64,000 nt of DNA from Adineta vaga (lineage: Eukaryota; Animalia; Rotifera): NCBI GenBank assembly GCA_021613535.1, contig CP075492.1, positions 8,370,001 through 8,434,000 of the forward strand, in the 5' to 3' direction. Below the pieces are notes generated by a model. That model did no database searches, was not told the origin of the DNA, and saw nothing but the letters and a program-made list of their open reading frames with translations. The position numbers and the translations under genes are program-made. Below, in pieces: positions 26,631 to 39,843 of the stretch; within the stretch, counting starts at the first letter, position 1, and each line of letters begins with the position of its first letter.

Positions 26631-27597
26631 TCATCTGACAACTCTTTGTTTTTTATTATTTACAATAAAATTTAAAACTAGTTTTCCATATTCATTTGGA
26701 TACAAACGAAAATGATTGACATGTCCTGAATCTACAAATTGATGAGATGTTACTTGAACGCCGCGTTCTTTTTGTTTGTTCATAAATTGTTCTAAAAAAA
26801 AAATAGTTAACTTGATTCCAATCGTTTTCGAAAAGCAAGTAGAACCTACCAATAACATGATGTGGAATAAGACGATCTGAATCACTATATATATAACATT
26901 GTTGAATATCTTTAGGTGTTTCATTTAGAAATAGCAAGAGTTTATCTGATGAAGATAATATATCAGATGATAAATATCTTTGATAGAAGAATCGTAAAAA
27001 TAAATAATAACTAATCAATGGTGACCAACTGAAATGAAAATATTGTGCTCGATTAAGTATGATACTAACACATGGTCGAGATGCACCTATGGCTGATACG
27101 AGAAGCCATTCTGATGATCTATTTAAATGCACATACGGTGCAGAATCAAGAATAATTCCTTTGATATTTGGTAATAGATGACTATAATGTTCATTTGTTT
27201 TCATTATTTGAAGCATATATCCCCAAACTAACGATCCATTATTGGAATGTAAATGAATAATGATTTGATTTCCATGACGATTTTCATGTAGAAGAAAATC
27301 TAGTACACGTTCAATTTGTTTTCTATCCACACCAGATAAATAGTTGAACATTGGATTGATCCATGATACGGTTGAAATACCTTGAGATGAATAAAATTCC
27401 AATAAACGTCTTAAATGTCGACGTGTACATCCACCCCAACCGAGAACACAAACTAATGCAGGAGAATTGGATGAACCTGGAATATATTCAGGAGTATGAT
27501 CAGTCGGATTAAAGGCTAAATATCGACGAGAATAATAATCAGCGATTTTATATAGGAGAAATCCAAAAATGATAAAAATAAATAACTGAATCAGCAT
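26631..27597 (-). CDS. TMEM53: TMEM53/DUF829 alpha/beta-hydrolase-fold protein
   Basis: VLGWGG, HLHSNNG, GIILDSAP, YIYSDSDRLIP and FVDSGHVNHFRLYPNEY. One intron at ~26792-26850. Confidence 0.82.
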
Positions 27598-28457
27598 GTT
27601 TGTTTCGTCTAAAAGAGAAACAAGAAGAAAACGTATTTTTTTATGATTCGTTGTCAACAACAGAACGTTGTAGAAGAAAGGGTAAATACTCAGTAAAGAA
27701 AATTTTACTCGTTCTGTCACTCAACCCGCACTCTTCTCCAACGTACTTTTCTGTCGCACTTTCACAACATCGAATACACATATACTTTTTTCTTAGCTTG
27801 ATGAATATATATGTTAGATAATATGTGAGACTAATTTAATCGACTAGGAAAGTAAAAGTAATCCTCCAGCCATTAATGTAAGTTGAATCTGTTTTAAATT
27901 TCTAAAATTACAATAAATCAATAGAAAATTACATTTTATTTCGATAAAATTATAATTTACGTTAATTAAAGTGAAATCTCATTGAGAAATTGAGAAATAA
28001 GTTACTTTTTTACAATCTATAACAAAAAAAAACAAATTGAATTGATTTGTTTAATCTTTTGTTAAAAAAAATTTTTAGTTTCAATAGAATTAATTTTAAG
28101 TGAGTTTCAAGTCACGTTTTCGTTCGTACTTTTTTTTGACCTTTGCTTCTTTTCCTTTGAAGACATAAAGCCTTCGTTTTGTACTATTAGTATGGTATAC
28201 TCGATTGGATGTTCTGTCAAACATTAATATTTCTTTTCAAAACGTCTCAGAAAAAAGAAAATCATTTCATATAAACTAATAGGAAGGTGTGACATTTGAG
28301 TACATTTTAAAATTTTGATCAAAGAAAATGATAGATGGGTTAGAAATTTGCAAATATATATATATATATATATATACGTCTCTTGATTTGAACGATATAA
28401 AGGCCTTTTTATTTCTTCAGATAGTTTTTCTTCGGAAACAATCATTCTTTTCCTATC

Positions 28458-30201
28458 ATGGATTCTTCATCATTAGCTACGAAAAAACGTCGAATAATGA
28501 TAATTACAGCGGATGAAAGTGTTATTGAACAAATTCAAAATAATAACAATGGATCGCTTCTTAAATCAATTGTTTTGGATTCCAATGGTGATGATGTTGA
28601 ATTTTCACATTCACATATTAAAACGATCCAAACGGAAGCACATTCGCCATCACCAAAGAAACATAAAACTGGCTCGTTAACTTGTGTTGTTTGTGGTTCA
28701 GCAGCAAATGGATATAATTTCGATGCAATAACATGTGAAAGTTGTAAAGCATTTTTCCGTCGAAATGCATTGAAAGATCTTGTAAGAATCTAATAGAAAA
28801 CATGAATTTAAATTTATTGATTAGTTGTTACTATAGGCAACATTTGAATGTCGTCGTGGAAATAATTGTGATATTACAATTGAATCACGTCGCCGTTGTG
28901 GAGCATGTCGATTAGCAAAATGTCTAAGTAGTGGAATGAAATCGGATCGACTTCTAACGGTATTTATTCGAAAAGAAAATCGAATAATCTGATTGTACGC
29001 GATATTTTAGGCCGAGCAAAAAGCACTGAAATTACGTCAAATCGAAGAAAATCGAAATTTAAAAACACACCTTGAAGATGAATCAAATGACACAAAATTG
29101 AAAGAAGTTAAATCAGTATCCGCAACAGTTTCTGATAATGTAAGTTGAACAATTCTATTTCGAGAGAATGAAGCTCTTAATACAATCTTTTCTTAGACAC
29201 TGAATTCAACAAAAACAAATCTACTTTTGATAAAAGATATAACTGATCTTCTACCAAATAAAACAGTATCAGAACAACGAAGTTTACTTAGTTCAGAAGA
29301 TTTACAACGCGTAGAAACAATTCAACTATCCTATGAACAACGTATTGAACTTGGTAAGTAAGCGACAAAATGTCCTATATTTAAATGAGTCTTAATCTGC
29401 ACTTCGCGAAAAAGATCATCATAAAAAAAGTACTGCAATGTGTTCCTATTTCTCAGGAAACACGACGATGATGGATACACACTGTTATAAATTTTAGCTT
29501 ATTTTTCTCGGAAAACTATTCCTTTTTTTATAGCAGCTCGCGAAGGTCTTCCATGGAATCCAACAATACATGCCACAACACTTCTGGATCATATCAATTC
29601 GCACTCAGTATCCGCTTTACGACTTCTATCTTTCTTCAAACAAATTCCTGAATTTAACGGCTTGAATGTTCATGATCGTGTGACATTGATTAAATATAAC
29701 TTAATGCCACTTGCCATCCTAAACTGTACACTTTCCTATGACACCAAAACTGAAACTATTCAAGAAGCAAAATCTGATGCTCCATGGGATTCATCGATTT
29801 TACTCACAGTTCATGGTGATGATATCTATCAACGTGTGAAAAAAGTCTTCGAATCGTTTAGTCGTATTGCGCAACATGATCAACGAATCATTCAATTAGC
29901 ACTTATTACACTTATTCTAACGAAAGGTTTTTCGACGAATAGTAATGTATTGGAACCTATTCTTAACGATGGTCTAGCTGTATATCGTGCACAAAATTAC
30001 TATACAGAATTACTATGGAAATATTTAGAAACAGTACATGGTTATGGAAGAGCTATTCGTATATTTAATGAATTAGTCGCACATTTTATGTCCTGGCAAG
30101 CACTTCAAAATTATCTAACACGTAGTTTATCGAAAATTTTAACACCTGCAGAAATGAATGACTTATTACCAATTATGAAATCATTGATAAATATTCCATA
30201 G
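28458..30201 (+). CDS. Nuclear hormone receptor, NR1I/NR1J (VDR/HR96/DAF-12-like) type
   Basis: [28 protein letters not shown]|..[23 protein letters not shown] and LBD signature [16 protein letters not shown]. Five exons in frame. Confidence 0.9.
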
Positions 30202-30548
30202 AGTAAATAAAAAGGAAACTGTTTTCGGAAATATCTGTTTTTTTTTCTCTTCATTTGTTTTGTGTCTTCATCAGTAGTTATTCATACTTCTCTAATGTTT
30301 ATGTCCGATTGTTTCTTTATATCTGATCATAAAATATAATTTTGAATTTCTTCTGTTCGTTTGTAAATAAGTTATGCTAAAATAATTGATTGTTCTAATA
30401 CATTACTTCTAGAATCTATTCGAATAAAAACCCAGCCTTTGTTTATTTATCTTTGTTCATCATTTTTAAAGTACATGCAAAAGAAAAAAAATACGAAACA
30501 CCTTGATAAGAAATGATTCATTGCACCGTTAAAAAGCAAAAACTTTGT

Positions 30549-32341
30549 TTATGCTAATGATGAATGAAGAGGAAGTGCCGGTTCGTTAATAGAACCGAAA
30601 TCGATTAAAATTATATGTCGAACATCTTGTGTTATTGGATTCGAACTTGTCGGAGTTGGTGTACTAACAATAGGAGAAATACCAACAACACGATGTTCAA
30701 CAATAAATGCACCCTAGAAAAAGAAGAAAAAATATATATCCAACACTTTAATCTGTCTTTCTTTTTTCATAAAGTTTGTTCAACTTACAAGAATTGTCTT
30801 CACATCTGAAGATTTTATTTTAAGAAAACATCGAATAGCTATTTTAGCAAATTTTCGATACAGAACTAATTCTTTGGAATCACTCTGTCGAAATTCATCA
30901 TCCATTTTCGTATCTGTTTCATTCGGTTCAACATGTGCATGTAATCGTATGGAACGATCTTTATTCAATGGTAATGTTAGTTGACTTGTTAAAATATATT
31001 CATCTAATTGATTAATTCGAGCTATTAAATCTTTATCCGTATTTTCTTCGCGAATTTCATCTAATGTATATAATTTCAATGTTGTTTGTTCGTCAAGTTG
31101 ATTGACAATGGAAACAACACATGGATTATTATCATTGATGGACCATGTTGGATGATGCCAGATGCGTATCTGTAAAGCAAAGTAGTATTGATATTGAATC
31201 TTTCAATACATATATATATATATATATGTCTTACTTCGGGAATAAAAAATAATGCCATTTGATGTAACTTAAATTTAATTAATTTTGGTGATGGTTCTGG
31301 TTTGAGAACATTATGATCACATTCTTTACATCTTTTCGATTGTTTTGAAGTGAAATGTTTTGCCAATGGATAAAGTCGATCAATAGTAGATGGTTGAATT
31401 TCAACTGAATTTAATCGTTGTGTTATTGTTGTTAATTTATTAAAATCATATGAATTATTTAGAAAGAAATTTTCATCAAGTGGTTCTATTTCTGTAATTG
31501 GATCCGATGATTTTGGTGTTGGATTTGTTGTTGTTGAAGAGTCATTTAATGATGGCGTTTTCAATATTCCACCTGTACGAATTCCACGACGTGTTAATGG
31601 TGCTAACAGACCATATTTATCCGATGATGATCGAGATGTTGTTGGCGTTGGAATACCTGTGCGTAATTTAACAGTTGAATACCGTTTTCGATCACGTTCT
31701 TGTTTTTCTCGTGTTGCTATTTGTTTATAATGTTGAAGAAGTTCATTAAATCTTCCTTCATGTATATTATCTTGTGCTTTCCATGAATTCAATGTTGGCT
31801 GATCAACAAGACGAATATCTCTTGTTGACCAACGACAAACACTACATGCCAAATAATAAACTTTTTTCGATGGTGTTTGTAATCCACTCGCATTCGTACT
31901 ACTAATACTATCATCCGGATCAATACCACTAGCAGCAGTACTTGCACTATCCAGTGTTGTATTTAAACTAACTGGCATCGTTGCTGTTGTATTCGTTGCT
32001 CGTGTCACTAATGTATGATCACAACATGGACAAGAGAAACAACTTTGACAACGATTTTTTCGTGTTATTGCTTCATGAGATTGAAGATGTTCATAACAAC
32101 TTGGACAAAAACGGCAATCAACCTAAATAAAGATATCAACATTATTACAAATCATTTAAAATGGAAGTGAATGTTTTGCATAACATAATATAGATTCTTT
32201 TTGTCAACGTACCTCTAATATTACACAATCTTTACATTTTATTTTCAAGCAATGTCGACAAAAATACAAATAACATAATGATTTAAATGATCCACAACTA
32301 CATTGATATTTCACTCGATGAACATTTAGTAATGTTGTCAT
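30549..32341 (-). CDS. DCTN4: Dynactin subunit 4 (p62)
   Basis: LYFCRHC, FCPSC, RKNRCQSCFSCPCC, YYLACSVCRWSTRD, SKRCKECDHNVLKPE..IKFK. Confidence 0.93.
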
Positions 32342-32583
32342 AATGGAAAATTATTCTACAAGACTTTCTTTTTTTGTTATATCTAAAATACAAATGATCA
32401 AATATATCTATATATTCAAATAGTAAAATTGCAAAACAATAATGAACTAATTTGTGTCTTTTTCTACAATTTTTTGTTGAAACATGCTGACAAACTTACA
32501 TACATACATAATAGAAAACACAGAGAACAAGAAAAGAAAGAACATGCATTTTACTATTTGATTTTAACTATAAAATGATCCTA

Positions 32584-34226
32584 TCAAAATTCCCATGATA
32601 AATTAATACTATTACATTCATTATTGGAACGATCTAGACGAAATACATAGACATTCATATATCACTAATAAAAACATTCTCCTACTGAAGATTTGATCCA
32701 TAGTAGTTTCTGTATGTATCAATTGTTTTTCTTGAAGTGAGCTAAGAAGTTTTGTCATGTCATCAGCAAGAAGTTGAGGATCGTTGCTGATTTTTTTAGG
32801 ATGCTTTACAAATGGATGAGCTAATAATTCATCAACAGAACATCTAAAAGCAATAAAAAGAGATCGAACGTTATATTAATCGAATATAACGATCTTTTAC
32901 CTTGTTTCAAGACGTGTCGAAACACAACTTTTTACAAATGAATGGAATTCTTTCGAATATCGTCGTTTTTTTATTTCTTCAACATATGCACTGGAATTTT
33001 CATCACTCAGAGCGATCACTATATGACAAATAAGAACTAGAACGTAAAGATTGAGAAACTTTCAAATAACTTGCTTTCATCTGTTAATTGAGTTTGATCA
33101 AGTAGAATTGGTTCTGAGCCTTGCATTTTTGCATATAACATCTAAATTAACATATTTCTATTTCAACATATAAAATCATCCATTCAAAGCGGATGGATGA
33201 TGTATGTTTTACTTACACTTAAATGTCCAAAAGGCATATCAAGATAAGCATTACTTCCATTAGCAAGTTCACATGCAACAGTACCTAAACTATAAACATC
33301 ACTTTTGAAATTATAACCTTCAGCATTCTAAAGAGAGAAAAAAACATAAATTCTTTTTCTTCTCAAATACACAAACAATTTCAACAAACTTGAAAGATAA
33401 TTTCTGGTGCTAAATATAACAATTCATCTTTAAGACCATCTGTATAATCGTAAATCTGGCGTCGTAATTTCCCATCAAATGGTGATATCATGGATATACA
33501 ATGAGAAAAATTATCTAATAATATACGTCCATCATCACATAGATAGATATTATTCGAGGAAACTCCACTAGAAGTAAAATCAGAATGTCAATGGTGTAAA
33601 TCGAAGATGAAAATTAATTTACCGATGCATAATATGTCTATCTTGTAGATAACGAAGAGCTTGTAATATTTGCCACATGATATGAGCAATTAATTGCTCA
33701 CGTATACCAAAAGGATAAACAGTTAACAGATCCGCACAAGAACCTTTACAAATACAATATCAAAGAGTCAATCAATAAAAAATATTCTATTTCGTTTCTT
33801 TTATTTACCAAATGATGCATACGGTTTCACAAGATGAAGTTTTGTATCCAAAAGAAAACAATCTCGAATTGACATTAAATTCTGATGATTTAATTGTTTA
33901 TACCATGAAATATCTTTCTGAAAAACAAAAAAAAACCTTAATTTAATGCACAATTAACTTCGTTTTCTCTACATACAATAAATTCACTAAGATTTGTTAA
34001 TTTTTCCAGATCAACAATTTTCATAACATATTTTGCTTTAGTTTTATCTTTGAAATCATAGATTAAATAAGATCCACAATCTTCATTATCATCAGTATTA
34101 AAATCAGGTCGTTCTAGAAGACGTGAAAGAAAAACAAACGAACTCCTTTAATCGAAAAACAAATAGATCGTTTATCTTACTTAACATATCAAGAATTCGA
34201 TAAGTTAAATGATAATTATTCGACAT
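32584..34226 (-). CDS. STRAD: STE20-related kinase adapter (pseudokinase)
   Basis: Kinase fold with HRG in place of HRD and NFS in place of DFG. FGSCADL, YLAPEIIFQNAEGYNFKSDVYSLG..CELANG. The spliced last exon ends in the MO25-binding WEF* motif. Confidence 0.9.
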
Positions 34227-34270
34227 GATTTTGTTTTTCTAATCTAAAACAAGAAAAAATCGAAATCATT

Positions 34271-35215
34271 TCATTGCCAATGATCAAGAATTTGTTGAAG
34301 TATATTTTTAAATAATTTCATAGCTTCAGTTTCTATAATCATTTTAAAACCGTTCTCAACTTGTTGAATACCCTGATCAAGTATTGTATTCAATTGATTA
34401 TCAATTGGTAATCGACCTAGAAATGGAATAGAATATTGTTCAGCTAATAACTGACCACCACCTTGTGCAAATATATTTGTACATTCACTACAATGTGGAC
34501 AAACGTAACCACTCATATTCTCAATTAAACCAATGATATGAAATGATGTCTTTTGGCAAAATGTTATCTCACGACGAACATCATTTATTGATAACATTTG
34601 AGGTGTTGTTACAAGAATAGCACGAAGAAAATCTTTGGCATGCTCATGCTGCTTAAGAACAGTCATTACGGTAATATGTTCGTCGGATGTACCAGGTGGT
34701 GTGTCAATAATCAAATAATCAAGTTCACCCCATTTAACACCGGTTAATAAACGTTGAATCATTGCCATTTTTCGTGGTCCACGCCAAATAATTGCATCAT
34801 TTGGATTATCTAATAATAATGCCATAGACATTAATTTAAATCGTGAACTTTCATTCGATGATGAGAAGACATTGACCGGTGTCATACCTAGATGAAAGAT
34901 TGTCGAACGACAATGATGAAGAATATCAAATCAAAATCATACCTTCTTCAGTTTCATAAACAGTATTTGATTGGGAAGTTTTATCGACACCAAACATTTT
35001 CGGAATCGATGGTCCACATAAATCAACATCTAATAAACCAACTCGATTTCCACTAGCATATAAGCATAAAGCAAGTTCAGCTGATACTGTTGATTTGCCT
35101 TAAAATTCAAAAATATCATTTAATTAGTAATAAAAATCTCAAAAATCGACTTACCAACTCCTCCTTTACCGGACAAAACGACAATAATTCGTTTAATATT
35201 ATCTAAACCAGTCAT
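34271..35215 (-). CDS. NUBP2: Cytosolic Fe-S assembly factor NUBP2 (Cfd1)
   Basis: [51 protein letters not shown]. It lacks the N-terminal Cys cluster of NUBP1. A possible ATG micro-exon lies at 35292. Confidence 0.92.
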
Positions 35216-35399
35216 ATCTAAAAAAATTAAAACATTTTAAATATTATTCGAACAAATAGATATATGTTCATTGGTTAAATCTTCCAACCCATGTAGACGA
35301 AAGTATTCGAGAATGAAAACAAAAAACAAATTTTCTTTCAGGAATAAAAATACAAATAAGAATTTCGATTTATTTGTGAGAAAAGGAGATTATTCAAAA

Positions 35400-37974
35400 C
35401 TATTCGGGTAATAATTTAATTGTAAAATCAAGTTCAAAATCATGCGACGTAAACATTTCATCACTGTTTTCAGTTAGCATTGTAAATGAACCACGTTCAC
35501 GAGTTGCCATTGTTGAAAGACCATTTTCGGGAAACTAAAACAAACAAAAATAAATCATGAAATTACAATCATTTCGTTGTTATAATTATGGATCTTATCA
35601 AAAATATTTATTATTACTATTAATGTATCCATAGTTGTTTGCATGGTTTTTGTGGTCGTTTTTGTATGTTTAGCTTCACTTTTCTGTATCTATAATACAA
35701 ATATATACTTGAGAACGTGCTGAAATGAATGATTCTTACTATTAAAAGTTGTTCATCAGCTTTTTGCTTTGCTGCTTCTTCGTCAGCTGCACGTCGTGAA
35801 TGTAATTCTCGAATAAGTTCTTCTTTTGTTTGTTGAGCCTACACAAAACATAATCATTGATCTATTAACAAATTCGATTTCCAAATAGAAACATACTTTG
35901 GAAACAAGAACAGGTGCACATCGACGACGTGTAAATGGATCAGAAGCTGCATTTGGATGTTCTTGAGCTTCACGCTATAGATTTACAAATTTTCTCTTCG
36001 AAGATAATCATCGCTTGATGAATGTCAATATTACTTACAGTTAACGCCATTTCAACATTCTCCTGTGTATTTTTTCGATTTCTTTGATTGATCTGACTAG
36101 AAACATAAAATTGAATTGATTTTCTACAATAGTTTTCGTTTTAAAGTATCATTGTCTTACGCAATAGCTGAAATATTTTGTGATCGTATTCGATCTAATT
36201 CTGATGCACGTTGTTCTGTTTCATTCAATTTCTTTCGTAATTCAGTTTCTCTTTCAATATCATTTTCATCTTTGGCAATATCCTAAACATCATAAAAGTA
36301 TATCAATGAATAATTTTGTATTTTCAATAGTTACTATTTCTTTAAGTAATTCATTTTTAGCCATAGCATAATTAATCGGAGTTTTTCGAAAGCGACTTTT
36401 TTCTTCGACTATTTTACTTATATCTTGATTACTTAAAACATATTGTTTACATTTATTTATTTCTGTAACTTTATTGTCCAGATCTTTCACAGTTGGTAAG
36501 GATACACCCTAGAATGAAGTCTTTTACTATTAGAGGAAAATGTTAAAATGTTATTCTTACTTGTTTGATTGTTGTTTCACGCCAACGTTTAAATTCACTA
36601 TCGGAGATTTCACTGTTCGAAACGAATTCAAGACGAAAGACACGTTCATTATGTCCATGTCTAAGCAAAAATCTTGATAAATATCAAATTTTCCCAGGAA
36701 AAATCGAATTTGATACTTTAGACGAAGTCCTTTATTTGTACGTGTAGCACCAAGATTATAGATTTTTCCTGTTTCTACCACATCACGAATTTCACAAATC
36801 TAAATTTTGAATTCAATCGAATCAATGTATAAAAACTTTCTATAAACTTACTCGATAAACGGGTGAACCATTATTCTGTCCGATATTGATTCGAACAAAA
36901 GCACCTTTGGCTACTTTAGGAAAGAATGGCGCATGACACCATCTAGATAAATTCATTAGACAATCTCTTTTTTAAGTATAGTAGAAACTGACTTTTCCAT
37001 TCGAAATCGTGATAGAACCATCGATTTAAGTTCGGATTTAGTAGTAATCTGAGTACGTTCTTTGCGACTGGATTCTTGTTTAGCTTGAGACTTTTTATCA
37101 CGATCATCCGGTGATCTGATAAAAATATAAAATTTGTAAATAAGATTTGTTTTATGGATTCTATTCTTACCGAGATCGTCGACGACGCGAATAACCCATA
37201 TTATCACCTTCTTCTTCATCCGAACTTGAACTTGAACTTGAATAAATTTCATTGACAGTATATTTTTCTTTCTTATTTATTTTTGATATTTTTCCGCGAG
37301 TTTCATCATCATCGGGCGATTGATCAATAGATTTTGGTACAGATTTTTTCAGTTTGTCATCTGGAAATAAATACATAGATCAATTGAATTTCTAAAGATT
37401 TTGCTACCTTGTTTTTTCTTTCTTTCTTCAATCAAAGCTTGAAGTGTTTTACTATGTTGTGTTTCTTTTTGTTTAGAAGCATTGGCTTGTAGTCGACGAT
37501 TTGCTGGTCCACGGTGATCATCATCATCATCATCTTCTGCATAAATATTATCATCAAATAGAGTCGATTTTGTTTTAGATTCTTTGTCCGTATCATCGGT
37601 AGGCTTCTGTTTCGATTTCAACTTTTTACTAATTTCTTCACTAAGAATCGACAGAAGATCAACAATGATTATTTAATCAAAGTTTTCAAAAACATTTTCC
37701 CCTACCGATGATTTAATATTTCCCGTTCTTCATGTCTTTTCAATAATTCCGATTCACGTTCACGTTCTGTTAAAGTATTTAGCCAGGCTCGATCATCAGC
37801 ATTTCCACGATATTCATCGTCATATCCATCAGCATAAATTTCTGTACGTATACAAAATAGTAAACATGTTTATTCAGAAGAATTTTATCGTTTACTTTTT
37901 GGACGTGATTGACCATCATCAGAATCGGAGTTACTAGCCTTTCGTTGACGTTTTCTTTGATCGATTTTACTCAT
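35400..37974 (-). CDS. RTF1: PAF1 complex subunit RTF1 (Plus3 domain)
   Basis: [27 protein letters not shown]|[56 protein letters not shown]. Confidence 0.93.
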
Positions 37975-38106
37975 ATTGAGATAGTAGATGATGATAAAAT
38001 TCAATGTAAATATATTACTCTTCTTCTAAACTAACCATCCCTCTGTTATTTTTCACGTTACTGATTCATATCAACTATGTTGGTTCTCCAATGAAACAGT
38101 TTTGAG

Positions 38107-38115
38107 AAGATGGCG
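38107..38115. promoter_or_regulatory. YY1-like motif AAGATGGCG upstream of RTF1
   Basis: Motif lies ~130 nt upstream of the RTF1 ATG, at the head of the co-oriented gene run. Motif match only. Confidence 0.3.
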
Positions 38116-39843
38116 CTAACAAATAGTACGGTTTTATGGACAATTGAAAAAGCAACTATCAAATATATATCACAACGAAAACAATACTATATGACTCTCT
38201 TTAGTTGAACAGTATTAGAGGGCATATGTTTCAAAGATACAAAATCTCTTTAGCTACTATATTTGTTGAAGAAATTTTGTTCTATATGACTGTTTCGTTT
38301 GTTATATTCAAATATAAAAGATACTTTCGTAAGTTTCCACTTGGAATTAATCTATATATAAATCAGTTCTTTTCTTTCTCTTTGAATACACTATGTTATG
38401 GAAATTCCTAGAATCATTAATCATTGCTTTGAATGTATAGTAAGTAATAAAGTCTATCATTGCAGTAATTCATCACATTCTCTATTTTAAAAATCCTTTC
38501 GAGCACATAAAATAAACTATAGTCTAGTTCATACTTGTCTTATTAAATTGACAAATACTTCCACCGATCAATAGAATAGATGAACTTCATGAAATTTTAA
38601 TCACACAAAAGAGTATTGTGAACATCAATGCTCGGCAACGTTTTGAAATAAAGACCTTGAACTGTATGTTGAAGTGCAACATATGTTACAAATTTCCGAT
38701 TGATCTGTTATGAAATGACCTTAACTCTATTGTAATTAAAGTCTAATAGTATACTTTCTTTTCATAAAGAAAAAGTATACAATAAAATGACCTACTGCTA
38801 GGAGAATAATGAGTTTTATTAGCACAAGTGAAGTTAATAATGAAATAAGATTTAATTATATTTCATATCCTCTTATAGTTAATAGTATTACATACTTCAT
38901 TGGAATATGTTGACATGAAAAATATGTATGTTCTTATTACTGAAGTCATTAGAAATTATCAAAACCAGAAACTGTCATATCATTAATATAGACGAATATC
39001 TGCATTTGATCGTATGAAGTTAAAAACCACAAAATAACTTCATATATATTTCTCTAAAATCTTCATATCACTTTTCTCGTTCTTTACGAACTGCAAAAGC
39101 TCCATGACATATAGTTCAATGAATTCACACATTTCTTCCAAATTGAATTCAACCATCCACTTTATTTCAAGTGCATGTTCATCTTCCAACCGTCATTACC
39201 TAATAACCATTTGTTCACACTTGGAAAACTCAAATGAAACTTCACATTGATTTTAGTCAGATTTACTCAACACGTTCATAACGTTTTTTTTTTCTCTTTT
39301 TATTATTAAAGAAAAGAGCTGATGATAATAATAATAGAACAAAATGAAACATAACCACGAATGCAATAAACATGAAGAGAAAAGAAAACGCAAGTGTGCA
39401 ATTTGTTTTAAATATGAATCAACTAGAACGTTGTTTCATATGTATTACAAGCACTAAGCAAAGAAAGAAAGAAAGAAAGAAAAAGAATTGACTATTAAGA
39501 ATTTCATAGGATAGTCTTTTTTCAAGTTTAAGTAACACATACACAAGACAATAAGATCATTCTCATGAGACGAATATGTATTTTTTTATTTTTGAGCCAG
39601 AAAAGACAAGAAACAAAACGAGGGAGATTCAGTATTGAATGTATTCTATTCTAACAAGAATTCTAATCTATATACACACACAAAACATAAGATGAAGTAG
39701 AAAATAACTATGAGAAAATAAGCAAGATGAAGTGAATAATAAACACATCAAAACAACAAAAAGAGAGAGACACACACACATGAAATATCGCCTATTTCTC
39801 CTCAACTAAACGCAAACGTCTTTTTTCTTTCGCTTTGCTTTTT

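Noticed and set aside
39040-39260. Short stop-poor stretch downstream of the aquaporin
   Set aside because: About 50 codons with no recognisable motif, compatible with chance.
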